From Eledone cirrhosa (taxonomy: Eukaryota), in assembly GCA_964016885.1 (NCBI GenBank), contig OZ024743.1, positions 174,964,001-175,028,000 on the forward strand: 64,000 nt of DNA, given 5' to 3'. Each line of letters begins with the position of its first letter. Within the stretch, counting starts at the first letter, position 1. Below are positions 15,482-30,361 of the stretch, one piece after another. The position numbers and the translations under genes were made by a program. Below the pieces are notes generated by a model, which did no database searches, had not been told where the DNA came from, and was given only the letters and a program-made list of their open reading frames with translations.

Positions 15482-16543
15482 TAAAAAAATAATGAATAAA
15501 ACAAAGAAACAGTTCCTTATATTAAACAAAAAAAGCTCATTATTTTACGATCGTTTCTAGGACATATATGTGTTAGAATTGGCATGCATATTCAAAAGAT
15601 TTATGTACAAAATTATACAAACTATCAAGGAGAATATACATACCATCACATATATATGCTGTCTTCAGAAATAATGAAGTATATTTATTGATAATAACAA
15701 CAATTCAAAATTACAGGTCTGTTTGGGAACAGATTTTAAATGGACCAATGAAATACATAAAAATTCATCAAGAAAATACAGTTAGGTGTGTGTATATATG
15801 TAAGTAAATTCGTTCACAGATATGCATAAAATTGTATGTTCACATGCATACGCATGTCGAAAAAGTGTATGTAAATATAAAAATTTAGGGCTAATGTATC
15901 TGTATGTTTATAATCTACAGACAAAATATAAATACATATACACATATATATACATACATATATACATACATATATACACACATATACATACATTCATACA
16001 CACACACGCATATATACATAAACACACACATACCTACGAACACACATATATATACACACACACACACACATACGTATATATTATTATTATAACTATATGG
16101 ATATTGAGGCGCACACATAAACACGCCCACACACACTTACATTCAGATGCAGAATTAAAAGGGAGTAAGGGAGTAAATAATTAAAGGAGAGTGTCAAACT
16201 CAGCATATTTATAAAAATTTATCTATAAAGTTAGAAATAAAAAAAAAATTTTATAGAAGGAAAAAACTTAAAAACGGGGCAACAAAAAATAAGGGGGGGG
16301 GGGGTACGTACATACACAGACGCGAATGTCTCACAAAAGAAATATAAAAAAAACATAAAAAAACATAAAAGAGAGACATAAAATATACATGCTTATATAC
16401 ATACGCACATTTACACATCCATACGTTCGATACATACATACGTACACACACACACATACACATACTTAACCTCATGCATATTAACCTGTTTGTATGCATA
16501 TACATAAAAACAAGTAAAACATATACTCATACATATAAATACA

Positions 16544-16595
<52 letters not shown>

Positions 16596-16928
16596 CACAT
16601 ACGCATACGCATATTAACCTGTTTGTATGCATATACATAAAAACAAGTAAAACATATACTCATACATATAAATACACACCGATATATATATATATATATA
16701 TACATACACACACACACAACACACATATATACATATATGTACACACACATACACACATACATACACATACATATATATATATATATATACACATATACAT
16801 ACACACATATATATACACACACACATACATATACATATATATACATACACACACACATACCCATGTATATATACACACAACCACACACACACACACACTC
16901 AGACATACATAAATATAGAGACATACAT

Positions 16929-17010
<82 letters not shown>

Positions 17011-17096
17011 ATACACAGTCAGACACTTATGCACATATATACACATACATACACACATCTCTACAAATACATATACATACACATACATACATACAC

Positions 17097-17142
<46 letters not shown>

Positions 17143-18941
17143 TCATACACACATATTTACATGTGCACATATGTATTTTTATACTCACATACAAACACAC
17201 AAACATACATACACACTTACATACACATACATACATCCACGCTTACAAATACGAATAATTATTGGGGGGGGGGATTAAAATTATTAGTGGGAAATAGTAA
17301 ATATAGGTTTCAAGGAAGATAGAATATTAATCTGCAGTTAAATCATAATATGTGTTTACACAGTAGTGTCAGTATTAGGAAATGGTATTTGTAAGAAAGA
17401 AGGCTAAATTATGTATTTTAATATAAGTAGACTATTAATTATAGGTTAATTAAAGTAAAAATAGTTAATATATTAATTTCTAAGGTGTATACTACTTAGG
17501 TTTATAATATTTAAAGCGGAATTTTGAAGTTAAACAGTAGTAGAGTATTAATTATAGCATAACTAAATTAAAAATATTAACATGATGGTATCAATTTTAG
17601 GAAATGAATTTAGTAATAGGGAAAGCCAAATTAAGTATTTCATCGGTAGTAGAATATTAATTATAGGTTAACTAAATTAAAAATTATATATTAATTTCTA
17701 TAGTATATGTTAATTAGGTTTATAATAATTAAAGCAAAATTTTGTATTTTATCTATAGTAGAATATAATTATAGGTTAACTAAATTAAAATTAATCTATA
17801 TATTTATTTGTAAAGAATATATTAATTAGGTATATATTTAAAAGTTTTTCTCAGTTTATGATTACACGATATTCTGCAATCCATCTGTATTAGAATTTTA
17901 ATTTTAAGCTAACTAAATTAAAATTATAGTTTAACTAAATTAAAATTAATTTATAAATTAATTTCTAAATTGTATATTAATTAGGTTTATAATATTAAAA
18001 AGTATTTCTCTGTTATTAATTACACGATATTTTGTTATATTTCATCTGTAAAGGAATTTTAATAAAAGGTTAAATAAACTAAAATTAATCTATATATTAA
18101 TTTCCAAAGTATATATTAATTATGTTAATAATATTTAAAAGTTTTTCACAGTTTATGATTATACGATATTTTTTAATTTCATCTGTAGTAGAATTTTAAT
18201 TAAATTAAAATTATAGGTTAACTACATTTAAATTAATTTATATATTAATTTCTAAAATATATATTATTAATTAGGTTTATAATATTTAAATGTTTTTCTC
18301 AGTTTATGATTATACGATATAATTAATTCCTGTCGCTTATTTAATAGGATATCCTTAGATTTCATTATTTCAAATAGTTCTTGGGAACACAATCTACATT
18401 CATTTCTATTATTTTGATAAGGGGTGGCTCTTTTGAGCACACTCCAGGTCATATCATATTCTATATTCTTATTTCTATAACTATTAATTTTTTCTGCTAG
18501 AGATGTTGTATTAGCCAGTGCGGCATTTTTAAAACTATGTTTGTGGGTATTAAACCTTACCTTAAAATTGTTAGAAGTAGCTCCTATATATGAGCAAATA
18601 GAATCTTTAGTTTTAACTTTACATTTATAAACTATGTTGTTAACAAGACAATTTCCTTTTAATGGGCAGTTTTCTTTGTTTCTACAGTTACAACCTTTCG
18701 TTAATTCTGTATTTGAGGAGATATTATGGTTAGTTTGATGTATTGGTGGTATACTTATGGTATTTTTACATTTATATGCATTATAGGCACTTATATTTTG
18801 TTTTATGTTTTTGGTTGTTGAGTATGAGAATTTAACTGTTGACCTATTTAAGATTTGATGGTATTTGTGGTTTGGCGGGAAGTTTTTCTCTAGGATATAA
18901 AAAATTTTTTTAGCAATATTATCCTTAATTTGTAAATTAAA
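15475..18941 (-). mobile_element. Penelope-like family A, 5'-truncated copy; inverted UTR piece adjoins at 18940-19340
   Basis: GIY-YIG coding 18267-18941(-); 18940-19340 is a direct copy of 6747-7140. Confidence 0.85.
15537..15678 (-). ncRNA. Type I hammerhead ribozyme, family A
   Basis: Reverse complement of the 3515-3657 motif. Confidence 0.65.
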
Positions 18942-19350
18942 TTTATATTCTACTACCGATGAAATACTTGATTTGGTTTTCCCTATTACTAAATTCATTT
19001 CCTAATATTGATACCCTAATGTTAATATTTTTAATTTAGTTATGCTATAATTAATACTCTACTACTGTTTAACTTCAAAATTCCGCTTCAAATATTATAA
19101 ACCTAAGTAGTATACACCTTAGAAATCAATATATTAACTATTTTTAATTTAGTTAACCTATAATTAATAGTCTACTTATATTAAAATGCATAATTTTGCC
19201 TTCTTTCTTACATTTCCTAATACTGAAACTACTATGTAAACACATATTATGATCTAAATGCAGATTAATATTCTATGTTCCTTGAAACCTATATTTACTA
19301 TTTCCCACTAATAATTTTAATCCCCTTCCCCCCCTCCATAATATATATAT

Positions 19351-19536
<186 letters not shown>

Positions 19537-19565
19537 TATATATTATTTTATATTATTATATTATT

Positions 19566-19752
19566 ACGGATTGGCAGTATCAGTAGAGGGTCGGACGCCA
19601 TGCTTTCCAGGATAGTTACGTCCCTTAACGATCTGAGTTCAAATCCCGCCGAGGTTGACTTTCCCTTTTATCCTTACGGGGTCGATAAAATAAAGTACCA
19701 GTAATGCACTAGGTATTTGCTGGCCTTGTGCCAAAAGTAGAAACAATTATAT
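19566..19752 (+). mobile_element. tRNA-derived SINE
   Basis: A-box-like tggcagtatcagtag and B-box gagttcaaatccc; six further copies in the window. Confidence 0.75.
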
Positions 19753-19786
19753 TATTACTATATATATATATATATATATATATTAT

Positions 19787-19822
<36 letters not shown>

Positions 19823-20814
19823 ACTATATATATATATATATATAGTAATAATATAAAATGTGAAGACTAAAATCCGAAGAGGGTTCGATAACGATTATAT
19901 ATATAAATATATATAAAACCCGTAGAGCAAATATTTATTAAAGTAACAGATTAAAGTTTAAGCAAAGAATCTCTGTTATTTTAATATATATATTAATGTA
20001 GGTGTGTGTTGAGCTGTATACGACATGATCACAGTTTAAACATTAAACTTAGTGTGTGTATATGTAAAAATGTGTTAGTGTGTTTGTCTTGTGTGCACGT
20101 AATTCTATATCTGTCGATGTATAATACGTACGTCTATGGGCATGTTTGTGTATGCATACGTGAGCATGCGTGTATTAGTATTTTTGTTTTGTGTGTGTGT
20201 GTGCGTGTGTGTCTATATATATATCAGTGTATGCGATTGTGTGTATGTATGTTTTAACATGTTATGTTTATGACCGTGTTTGTGTGTGAATACGCGTGTG
20301 TACGTATAGGTGTACATGTATGTGTATGTATAGGTGTACATGTGTGTGCGTGTATCAGTACGTATGTATGTGTTCTCGATGCCAGGATTCCCATTTCGAC
20401 GTGCTGTCAGCCACTGAGCACTTGTAATAACTGTTTGTACCGTATCACTGGGGAATTCTTTCATCATCTATTTCATTGTAATACAATAAAGCTATAATAG
20501 AACTGTCAATGTTTGTTACAGCCTAAATCACTGACCTCTCAATATACTAACATTTCATCTTTATACAGCCTCACATTTACCACCACCACCACCATCACCA
20601 CCACCCTAGCTCCTGCCATCCCTCACCTCTTGCTACATATCTTGACCATCCGAGAGTCAATTATTGTGACAATATATCAAACAGAATTTATAGATTGGAT
20701 GTAAATCATTCATTAAGAAAGGTGTGACCGACTGACTGATCGATGAACGATGAACGATGAACGATGAACGGGATGTTATTAACATAAGTGCAACTTATCA
20801 AATTAAAACTATAC

Positions 20815-20892
<78 letters not shown>

Positions 20893-20981
20893 ATGTAAAA
20901 GGTAAACAGAAATAACAACACAATCGGTACAGTATATGGAAGGTATATATTAGGTTAACGCTTGATATAGCAGGAAGAAGG

Positions 20982-21017
20982 TCTTAACGTTTCGGACGCT
21001 AGTCCTTCATCAGAAGA
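20982..21017 (-). ncRNA. Minimal type I hammerhead ribozyme, family E
   Basis: Reverse complement: tctt-CTGATGA-a-ggac-tagc-gtcc-GAAA-cg-TT-aaga; lies in a pLTR-like piece (20885-21070) repeated at 36433-36620(+). Confidence 0.75.
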
Positions 21018-21261
21018 AAGAATGAGAAATAAAATAGATTGAGGAGACGGGCGGGATGGAATTGGAAAAATGTCTTTAGATAAAAATAATAGGTCCATTC
21101 ATGTTGACATCGCTTGCAAAACTGTTGGTGCTGGCGTTTTGTGTATGATTTATGTTTTAGAAAAGTGGCTGATGGACCGCGTCTACCTGAAATGGAAAAA
21201 AAAAAGTTTTGTAAAAAGAACTATGCTTGAGCACGTACGTAAGAATGTGTTTGCGTGTGTT

Positions 21262-21625
21262 GCTCTCAATTTCACCACCTCCGTCTCCGATTCTTCTGTC
21301 ACTTTTCTAGATACCTCTCTATCTATTAATCACTCTCACCACACCCTCTCTACTTCCATCTTCATTAAACCAACAGACTCCCAATCTTATCTCGACTTCA
21401 CCTCCTCCCATCCAACCCAGACGAAACACTCCATACCCTATTCCCAATTCCTCCGTCTTCGTCGACTCTGTAGCCAGGACGACGATTTCGAAACCCATTC
21501 CCTTCGTATGGCTTCCTGCTTCATCCAGCGTGGATATCCCCCCCCACCCTGATCCAAGCTGCTCTCACCCACGCCCGTGAAACAGACCGCACCACATCCC
21601 TCTCCCCTCACCCCCGCCCTCCCAA
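21262..21625 (+). pseudogene. Penelope-like (Poseidon-type) RT C-terminal fragment
   Basis: LNFT..VTFLDTSL..IKPTDSQSYLDFTSSHP..KHSIPYSQFLRLRRLCS..RGYP. Confidence 0.8.
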
Positions 21626-21727
21626 CACATATATATATTTATAAATATCGAGCCCTCTTTGGATTTTAGTCTTCACATTTATTATTATTACTATATATGG
21701 CCCCATATTGGCCATATTACTATTTGT

Positions 21728-21912
21728 TAGGGCGGTGAATTGGCAGTATCGGTAGAGGGTTTGACGCCATGCTTTCTAGCATAGTTACATCCTTTACAGT
21801 CTGAGTTCAAATCCTGCCGAGGTTAACTTTGCCTTTCATCCTTACAGGGTCGATAAAATAAAGTACCAGTAATGTAGGTAATTGCTGGCCTTGTGCCTAA
21901 AGTAGAAACAAT
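21728..21912 (+). mobile_element. tRNA-derived SINE
   Basis: Same family as 19566-19752. Confidence 0.75.
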
Positions 21913-22217
21913 TACTATATATATATATATATATATATTAAATGAAAAATGGCGTGCTGCGTTGTTGCGAATGTGATACATATGAATTAAAAAAATAGAG
22001 TAAGAAACCAGGACTATCCGTCATCAGTGAGCGTCTGTTCATCATCGGTATTTCTTCGTATTAAAGACCAGATACCTCAAGCCAGCACGAGCAATAACTA
22101 AAATAAGTTATTGGGATAAAAAGAATTGGGTGGAGAAAGAGAGACATGTAAACAAACAAAAATGGTAAGGCAACGTAAAGAGAGGAAAATGAGAAAATAA
22201 GTCAGTGATACATGTGA

Positions 22218-22298
<81 letters not shown>

Positions 22299-22696
22299 AC
22301 AGGGAGAAAGAGAGGATTATTAGGAAGATAAATATATTTTTTTCCCTTTTTATTTTTATATTATATATATATTATATTAGGTATAATTTGAATTTGAAGC
22401 TGCGAACAGCATGTACTATTCGAGTTGTTTGAGGCAATCACAAATCACTCAATGGAGTGATATGTTAATACATTATCGTCCAGAGTAAACACAACAGTTA
22501 AAAAGTGTGACACCAAGAAAAGCTACCAAATGCAGTGGCCATGCTTATACCATATATATATATATAAAAAAAATTCCATATGATTCCAGTTACTCAGAGA
22601 AATAACAACACAACCAGGAGCTAGACATATCGATGTATTGACGGAGTAAAACACACTTCAAAAACATGTGTACCTGTCTTTCCCGCACCAATTCGG

Positions 22697-22751
22697 ACTG
22701 CCTGAAGAGGTCACAGCCAATGATGGCTGTCACCGAAATATATATAGCAGT
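22697..22751 (+). ncRNA. Type I hammerhead ribozyme, family F
   Basis: actgc-CTGAAGA-ggt-c-acagcca-atga-tggctgt-c-acc-GAAA-tatata-TA-gcagt. Confidence 0.85.
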
Positions 22752-22903
22752 ATATCTATAATTTATAACAAACGAAGCCAAATTTTACATATTTGACTTA
22801 ATTATTTTACATTACTCCGGAGTAAACAAACCAACCTGCGTACTTCGTCGAGTGCTCTAATCTGCATACTGAGGTGTCGGTAAACAACCAACATATACTC
22901 AAA

Positions 22904-22954
<51 letters not shown>

Positions 22955-22995
22955 CGAAACATAAGTCAAGTGCATGAACTCATAATCCTTTATTT

Positions 22996-23051
22996 ACTGC
23001 TATATATATTTCGATGATAGCCATTGAATGGCTCTGACCTCATCACGCAGT
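22996..23051 (-). ncRNA. Hammerhead family F, probably inactive (C3G)
   Basis: Reverse complement: actgc-GTGATGA-ggt..atc-GAAA-tatata-TA-gcagt. Confidence 0.65.
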
Positions 23052-23940
23052 TAGTCAGTTCTTTGATATGCCAGCTCTGTGTTTAGAGCGTTGATGGTAT
23101 CAGAGCCTTGGGACATATGAGCTTGTTAGGAATAATTTAATGTTGTCAGCAGGAATAGTCTTAATTCTCATTGGTCAGTTTGTAGATGCTTGTAGGGTTG
23201 GTATTTGACCTCAAAGGGGCAGGTGGTGTTGTAAAGTTCAAACCATCAGGCAAGATGACAATAGTTCCATATGACTGATTTTCACAAAAGCATTCCTGGT
23301 CAGATATATATTCAATTAAGGTTAATAGTATGAAATAGATACTACAGGTCATTCTTAAATTGAGGAATTTATGTTTAGTGGTGCTACTGAAAATTATGGT
23401 TAGAGTAGAAAATTTACAAATAAAAAGACTTATGTAGGTTGGCTTGCACGTACACTCACACCCAGCTCCACAGACACACACACACATCCACACATACAAA
23501 TTGAGGAATTAATGTGGGGTGGTAATACTTAAAATAAGGGTTAGATTCAAATACTTAGATAGTTTAGAAAATTTAGAAATAAAAGGCTTATGTTGGTTGA
23601 CTTGTACATACACTCACACCTACCCCCTCAGACACACACATCTACACACACAAATCCATACAGGTGTGTATATATATATATGTACGCACAAGTATATATA
23701 TATATATAAAATATATATATATATAAAATATATATATATATATAAAATATATATATATATAAAATATATATATATATATAAAATATATATACATATATAA
23801 AATATATATATATATAAAAAATATATATATATAAAATATACATACATATATATATAAAATACATATATATATATAAAATACACATATATACACATATAAA
23901 ATACATATATATATATACATATAATATATATATATATATA

Positions 23941-25745
23941 AAATCAGGTTCAATAAAACGTGGTTTTGATGACTCCTAACCAGTAGAGGATCCGGTGGAC
24001 CATCCACCATAGGGACCACAAACTATGGGTGGTCGTTGTTGTCCATTGGTCATTGGTACGGGGTGTAGGCGACCTACAGGGGGGGAGGGGCGTTGCGGGA
24101 GGCCTTAACCGGGGTTTATCGATATAGCTTGAGGAAAGTTCCCGTCCTTAGGTGTCTGCAGGCACCGAATAAGTCGGCCCTTCTGTTTTATAGCTTGGGT
24201 CCGCCATGAAGTATCTCACTAAGACAGAGGTTGCAAATACCAGACCCGCCTCTGTCTGGGGGAACCTTTCTAACCACGGACCAGACCAGAGAGTGCGAGG
24301 TCTTTTCAAGTTTGAGCTTCCAGATCAATTCAGAAAGGGCCGTACATTTCCTCTTATCTATTCTGTTAAAGGAATGGCGATGGTTATACCACCGATCTTT
24401 GAAGCCCGTCGCTGTGGATCCTATGTAGTGGTGCTCCGAGTTAGGGGTTGTGACCTTGCACCTGTAGACTACGTTTTTCGTCATGCATTCATTACTAAGG
24501 GGGCATAGTGATGGGTCTCTGGAATTACATGACTTCTTAAGCCCCACCACATGTTCCGCGTGGTTACCATCACTCGGGATTGGCTGGGTAGCCTCCGCAA
24601 TCAGCACAGGGTCGTTGGGTTCCGGTGTGCTAGTTGGGCCTGTCCGGGTTCCGGTTCGACCCGCGTGCTGGTTCTGTTGGGTGGCTCCGGGGTTTATGGT
24701 GGTATTAGAGGCAGTGAGCCTATTCCTATTTATGCCAGCTATGTGCTGGGCTACGGAGCGTGTGGTTGAGTAGGAAAGTTTCACCGTGTGCCTGTTGAAT
24801 ATTTGATGGTACTTGTGGGTCCTAGGGAAACATTTATCTAGTACTCTAAAGAATGTTCAAGCCAGGTTGGTACGTAGACCCACCGAGTACGGAGGGTTAT
24901 ACCATGTGACCTTCCTGGTCCTATTCTTGCGGGGTTGTTGGTGTCTTCTGTGGTCCATCGTGTGGTTGTGCACAGCTCAGGTCGAGCTCGGTTGGTGTCA
25001 CTCAGGTGTGCGGAGCGGTCACTATCATGAGGGTTATATGGGCCCACCGTGGGGCTATAAACCTGCGAGGTGCGGCCTCCCTGCTCAATTAGGGTTCGGC
25101 GGGTGGTGGGGCCGGTGCAGGGGTGCATATTCTCCGCAGCACTGTGGTCTTCAGCGTTGTAGGTATTAGACCGGTGGGGTAGACCTTCTACCGGGAGTGG
25201 TGACGGATAGGGGTCTAGTAGTGTTACTACTGGTCACCGAGGTATTAGGTGAGCGACTCATGCCCCTAAGGGTATTTGTCCGGGGTACCCTTGGATGATC
25301 TCGATCATGTCCCTTAGGGTTGTAGCTGATCCTATGGCTGTGGACGCCTTGGCTAGCGCTGAGTTATAGTAATCAGCGTTACTATTCAAGATCTCTTTAT
25401 TAGCCGACAAGTTAGAGATCCTGTCAGAGACACTCTTAACTACGGCTTTAACTATAGATCTAGGGTGATTGGACCCACCATTGATATACACTAGCTTCTC
25501 ATTGGGTTTATGATATGGATGGTGTAGCTTGGTGTTGACGTTGAGGGTGGTATCCAGGAAATTCACTACTTTTCTATTGGGTTCCATCTCTACTTTAAGT
25601 CCTACCTTGTTAAAGAAGTGCCTAATTCTCCTCTTCATATTTTCGTCCATTGTGGTGCTGTGGTCCACTACGGTGAAGAGTGCGTCGTCTCGGTACAGCC
25701 CGCCACCCAGGTTGGGTTATTTCTCTCCTGATCTCGTAGAGTATG
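23941..25745 (-). pseudogene. Penelope-like element (Neptune-type, GC-richer family), frameshifted RT C-terminus + GIY-YIG
   Basis: GGLYRDD near 25690-25710, VNFLDTTL..YHKPNEKLVYINGGSNHP, KLSYST, VVYRC..HYIGST..FKDRWYNH, CNLCLSE. Confidence 0.85.
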
Positions 25746-25839
25746 TATATCCCAACCAAGTCCGTTAGCTGCGTTTGTGCCTCGCTGTTTACTTTATGAC
25801 TTCAAATCTGGCCTAAGCACAACAGCATTGAGTTGTCAC

Positions 25840-26228
25840 ATTAATAATTGTTTCTACTTTTGGCACAAGGCCAGCAATTATCCCAGTAAATAACTGGTAA
25901 TTTATTTTATCGACCCCGTAAGGATGAAAGGGGCAAAGTTAACTCAGACCATAAAGGGGCGTAACTCTATCCTGCAAAGCATGGCGTCCGACCTTCTACC
26001 GATACTGCCAATCCCCCGCCCAATAGTTGTTACATTAATAATTGTTTCTACTTTTGGCACAAGGCCAGCAATTATATCAGTGTATTACTGGTACTTTATT
26101 TTATCGACCCCGTAAGGATGAAAGGCAAAGTTAACCTCGGCAGAATTTGAACTCAGAATGGAAAGGGCCGTAACTCTATGCGTCAAAGCATGACGTCCAA
26201 CCCTCTACCGATACTGCCAATCTACCGT
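25840..26228 (-). mobile_element. Two tandem tRNA-derived SINE copies
   Basis: Reverse complements of the 19566 family at ~25840-26015 and ~26030-26228. Confidence 0.75.
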
Positions 26229-26231
26229 CAC

Positions 26232-27146
26232 ATTAATAATGCATTTGGGTTACACGCCATATCTGAAAGCAATGCAAGGACTGGTTTACACGCTTCCATT
26301 CCGGTTATTACAGTCTTGAAGATTGACTTCTCACAGGACGTCAATCCGACCGTTATGAAGAACAATAGTGTGAGCTGGTGGAAGCTAACCCACGCCAGAC
26401 ATCACGTCAACTCTCCGAAATACTTGAGGCATCGAAAACAACCATCCTCAATCTCTTTGATGCAATAAGGAAGGTCTCCAATCTGGACCAATGGGTTCCC
26501 CACAATCTGACTGACCGTAATCCTGAATGTTGGGTGGCAGCTGCGACTTCTCTGCTCTCCTACCATTGCACAACCAATTGGTGATGCTAAATGGTGTCTC
26601 TACATTAATGTCAAGCTCAAGCGATCGTGGGTTGATAAAGAGTGTACACCACAACGGCAAGCAAAGGCTGGCCTACACCCTTGTAAGGCCCTACTGAGCA
26701 TCTGGTGGGACTGGAAAGTTGTCATCCACTACGAGCTGCTCCCACCAAACACCGGTATAACATCTAGCATCAATTGCCAACATCTTGACAAATTAGCAGC
26801 GAAAATTGCACAGGTGGGCCCACACCATGGTCCTGGTGGATTCCTTCAGGATAACACTTGGTCGCATACATCAAGGACAACCCGTGAGAAGGTGCTACAG
26901 CCTAGTTGGGAGGGTTTTGCCCCATCCTCCGTAATCGCCCGACATCGCGCCAACAGACTATGACCTTTTTCTCTCAATGAGCAATGCAATGCAGTCAAAG
27001 ACCTTCACCAATGAAGACCAGTTAAATTAGTGGTTGACTGAATTCTTTGCATCGAAACCAGAAGAATTCTACAGGGATGGAATCATGTGCCTTGCTAAAT
27101 AATGGCAGATGGTAATTTCAAATGATGGCGATTATTTTGACGTAAA
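26232..27146 (+). pseudogene. Decayed mariner (Tc1/mariner) transposase
   Basis: WVPHNLT, GDAKWCLY, LSIWWDWK, LQDN, HPP*SPDIAPTDY, EFFASKPEEFYRDGI; multiple stops and frameshifts; TIRs not identified. Confidence 0.9.
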
Positions 27147-27256
27147 ATTTTCCTAATGTTAAAAAACGCCAAAGCCAATAAAAATAATAATAATTTCTAC
27201 AAGGAAACGTTTCAGAGATCGCCGTACTAATGAAATGTAGCACTGAAAATGCATGT

Positions 27257-27420
27257 ATCAACCCTAACTCTTGATGGGTTGGTAGGGTGACATAGTGATA
27301 TAGGGCGTGCCTTGAGCATCAACCCTTAACTCCTGATGGGTTGGTTGGACTGACATAGTGATATACGGCGTACATTGGGCATCAACTCTTAACTCCTGGT
27401 GGGTTGGTAGGGCTGACATA
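27257..27420. repeat. ~62 bp tandem repeat, about 2.6 units
   Basis: atcaacc..aactc.tg.tgggttggt.gg..tgacatag at 27257, 27318 and 27381. Confidence 0.8.
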
Positions 27421-27529
27421 CATTTTAAACCTGGTAAAACCCATCATACTCCAGGTCTGAACACAGTCCGTTGATTCTATAGAATAACAGAAAGAAACGA
27501 AATGAGAAAGAGATATAGAGGAAGAATTG

Positions 27530-27681
27530 ATCCCAGTATTGAATTGGTAATCTATGCATCGGCCATGAAAGGATAAAAAGCAAATTTTGACCTGGGCGGG
27601 ATTTGAACTCAGGGCACAGAATGCCGTAACGAATAAATTTAAATCCTATCGGACGTTCTAACGACTCTACTTATTCACCGT
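27530..27681 (-). mobile_element. Diverged tRNA-derived SINE
   Basis: gggcgggatttgaactcag B-box on the minus strand. Confidence 0.6.
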
Positions 27682-27789
27682 CTTATAACTCACACGATTC
27701 ATTTTCAAAACATCGGGAACAAATTTAACAAAACCTAGATAAAGAGTGTTGATCCATAAAATGTAAAACCTTCAATTCTAAACTACAGG

Positions 27790-29445
27790 CCTACCTGTCA
27801 TATGGAGCCCCGAGCATGCTCCTTGCTGCTGATACGGCCATACCCTCGGCTACTAGGGTCCAACCATTTGGGACCTCTCCTGTTCGCCCTTGGTATTGAC
27901 CACATCGCCCGGAGTATCATGGCCCCTCTCAACGTTTGGTATCTGGATGATGCTATGTTGGGCGGGCCCGTACGGACGGTCTGCCATGATCTTCAATCGG
28001 TGGTTCCTGTCCTGGCGGGAATCTGCCTCCAGGTCAACTCGGCCAAGTCGGAGGTGGTGAATGTCAGCCGCGATGCTGCGAGCTTGCAGCCTCCCTCTTG
28101 GACGTGCCGTCCATCCTCCGCCAGGTTCATGTGACCCCCAAAGAGGATGTCCTCATCCTCGGGTCACCGATCCACCCGCTGGCCATCCGCTCCACCATCA
28201 GGTCCAGACTTCAACAGCTCCAGACTCAAACGAGCCGATTGGGCTTGATTGACGACCACCCAGCTCTCTTTCTGCTGAGGAACTGCTTCGCCATGCCGAA
28301 GCTCCTCTATACATTCCGCAGCGCTCCGTGCTACACCCAGACATCTCTCCTCGCTGACCTCGATACTTGTATCCGAGCAGCAGCCGAGGAGATATGCAAC
28401 GTCAAGTTTGACGACATAGGGTGGCAAGAGGCTACTTTACCTGTCAGGTATGGCGGCCTTGGCCTCCGGTCCCCGATCTCACTAGCTTTGCCGGCGTATC
28501 TTTCGTCGGTAAGCTCGTGCCGCGTCCTCGTCAGCAGGGTTCTTCAAAACACAACAGAACCCTCTGTCTTCAGAGAACGTGAACCCGCCTGTGAGACGTG
28601 GGACCGGCTGGGATAGCCCAGTAGACGTCCCTCATCTTTCTCCCCCTGTTGACGTCAAGTGCCCCCCCCCCCCAACGCGCTTGGGATGCCATCCAGTGCA
28701 GCCTGACCTCAGACAGGATCACGCGCCAGCTCGACCAGCACCGCCCTACTTGTTTTCGTGCGGCCTCCAAACCCCACAGTGGTGTCTGGCTCCATTCCCT
28801 GCCCTCCTTCTCCACTGTCATGCAGCTAGACAACCATAGCTTGCGCATCGGCGTTTCCCTGAGGCTCGGCCTTCGGATCTGCCAGCCACACCAATGTCTC
28901 TGCAGTTCCACCGTGAACTCTTTCGGCCTCCACCCGCTTTCCTGTCACCCCAGTGCCGGCCGCATTCCACGCCATGCTGCCCTAAACGAGGTCATTAAGC
29001 ATGGCTTCCCTTCCCAGCTCGAGCCGGTGGGGCTGGATCGAGAGGACGGCAAAAGGCCAGATGGCAGGACCATCTTCCCGTTCCGCGGTGGCAAACCCCT
29101 CGTCTGGGATGCCACTTGCACTGACACTTTCTGCAGCCGCAACCTGCGACTGACCCAGGTTCTGCTGCACTTCGGGCTGAGGGGGCCAAACTCCTCAAAT
29201 ACCGGTCGCTCTCCGACAGGTTTGCGGTCGTACCCCTGGAAGTGGACACTTCTGGTGTACTCGGCCCCAGGGCTACCTCCTTACTCACCACCATAGGCGC
29301 CGAGCTGGCCAGCCGCAGATGTGAGCCCCGCGAGTTGGAGTGGCTCTTCCAACGCGTCTGCCTGGCCATCCTCAGGGGAAACGCCTTCTCCATTCTGTCC
29401 GCCGGGGCTATGGGTGGGCCCCATTACGTACCGTTGTAGTTGTTG
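27790..29445 (+). pseudogene. CRE-like non-LTR retrotransposon (RT + restriction-like endonuclease), 5'-truncated and frameshifted
   Basis: LGPLLFAL..VWYLDD, LPVRYGGLGL, C..RIPRHAALN, KRPDG..LVWDATC, QRVCLAILRGNA; locally high GC. Confidence 0.8.
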
Positions 29446-29859
29446 TAGAAGAAACAGGAAGACAATAACTGGTAAGTTTGATTTTCTACTTTATCATTTA
29501 CTTCTGCACTGAAATATATATACAGAATAGAATTACTTCGTATTAATTATACACCAACGAAAATAAGAAGTTAACAGAAACGTAAAAACGCTAAATGATG
29601 AATAAACTTTTTTTTCAATTTAGTGTTGTTAATAAAACAATTCACAGCTGTATAAATAACATCACAAATATTGATAGAAATATGAAAGAAAAAAGGAAAA
29701 AAGGAATTAAAACAAAACCAAGCAATGAAGAAAAGAGGAAAGGGGTAAAGAAGGGCAGATCTGACTGTATAGGAAAGTAAGATAAAGGGCTATAAATGCC
29801 ATAAATGAGAGGAAGAGGAAGGAAAAAGCAAGAACTATGAGGCCACAGAATAAAGGGAG

Positions 29860-30110
29860 GGAGAAGGCGTAAGGGTAATTTGCTCTATGCTTGGGGAGGG
29901 GCAGTGTTTTGGATGCACCCCACGGACAAAACTGCAAAGACATTCCACGGACAATGGCCAGCGACACCCAATGCAACACCCGCTCCACCTCGCGGAGCTC
30001 CGTCTTCAGACAGGCTGCTCACGATTCGATTTTACGGAGGAACTCGACAGTACGGCGTTTGAGGACGCCTGAGGTTTTAACGGCGACTGGTGCGAAGAGG
30101 TAGTGGCTGG
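29860..30110 (-). pseudogene. Possible Tx1-like ORF1 remnant
   Basis: LKRRTVEFLR..EVERVL resembles MQRRTVLFRC..EVEVAL in ORF 52771-54024. Confidence 0.3.
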
Positions 30111-30361
30111 ACAATCCCCGTTATTTGTTTATCTACCTGTCCTCTGCAATGCGGGGATTTGTGACCGGGGTTTGTGGCCGAAGCGACTAAGTTGGAGGTG
30201 AAGAACGTTTGCCAAATCTATCTATCGTATTCTCAACATAAACAATACATTCCGGTGAAGACCATCCAGTTTATTTATTTGTTTGTTTTTATTAACGTAG
30301 TTTCTATGTAGATTATCTTTTGTATTCGAAGTATGATTTATGACAATTATTTGAGGAAGAG

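Noticed and set aside
18942-18998. Apparent N-terminus MNLVIGK.. of ORF 18267-18998
   Set aside because: Comes from the inverted UTR fragment fused to a truncated element
19566-19660. tRNA gene
   Set aside because: A/B boxes belong to a multi-copy SINE head; no cloverleaf evident
19868-19935. CCGAAGA-gggtt..aaccc hammerhead-like stem
   Set aside because: No GAAA and altered core
23240-23310. ILPDGLN on the minus strand as a Poseidon-type GIY-YIG tail
   Set aside because: Plausible given the nearby hammerhead, but too short to call
27257-27420. Repeat-spacer-like pattern
   Set aside because: The intervening segments are themselves similar, so it is a plain tandem repeat
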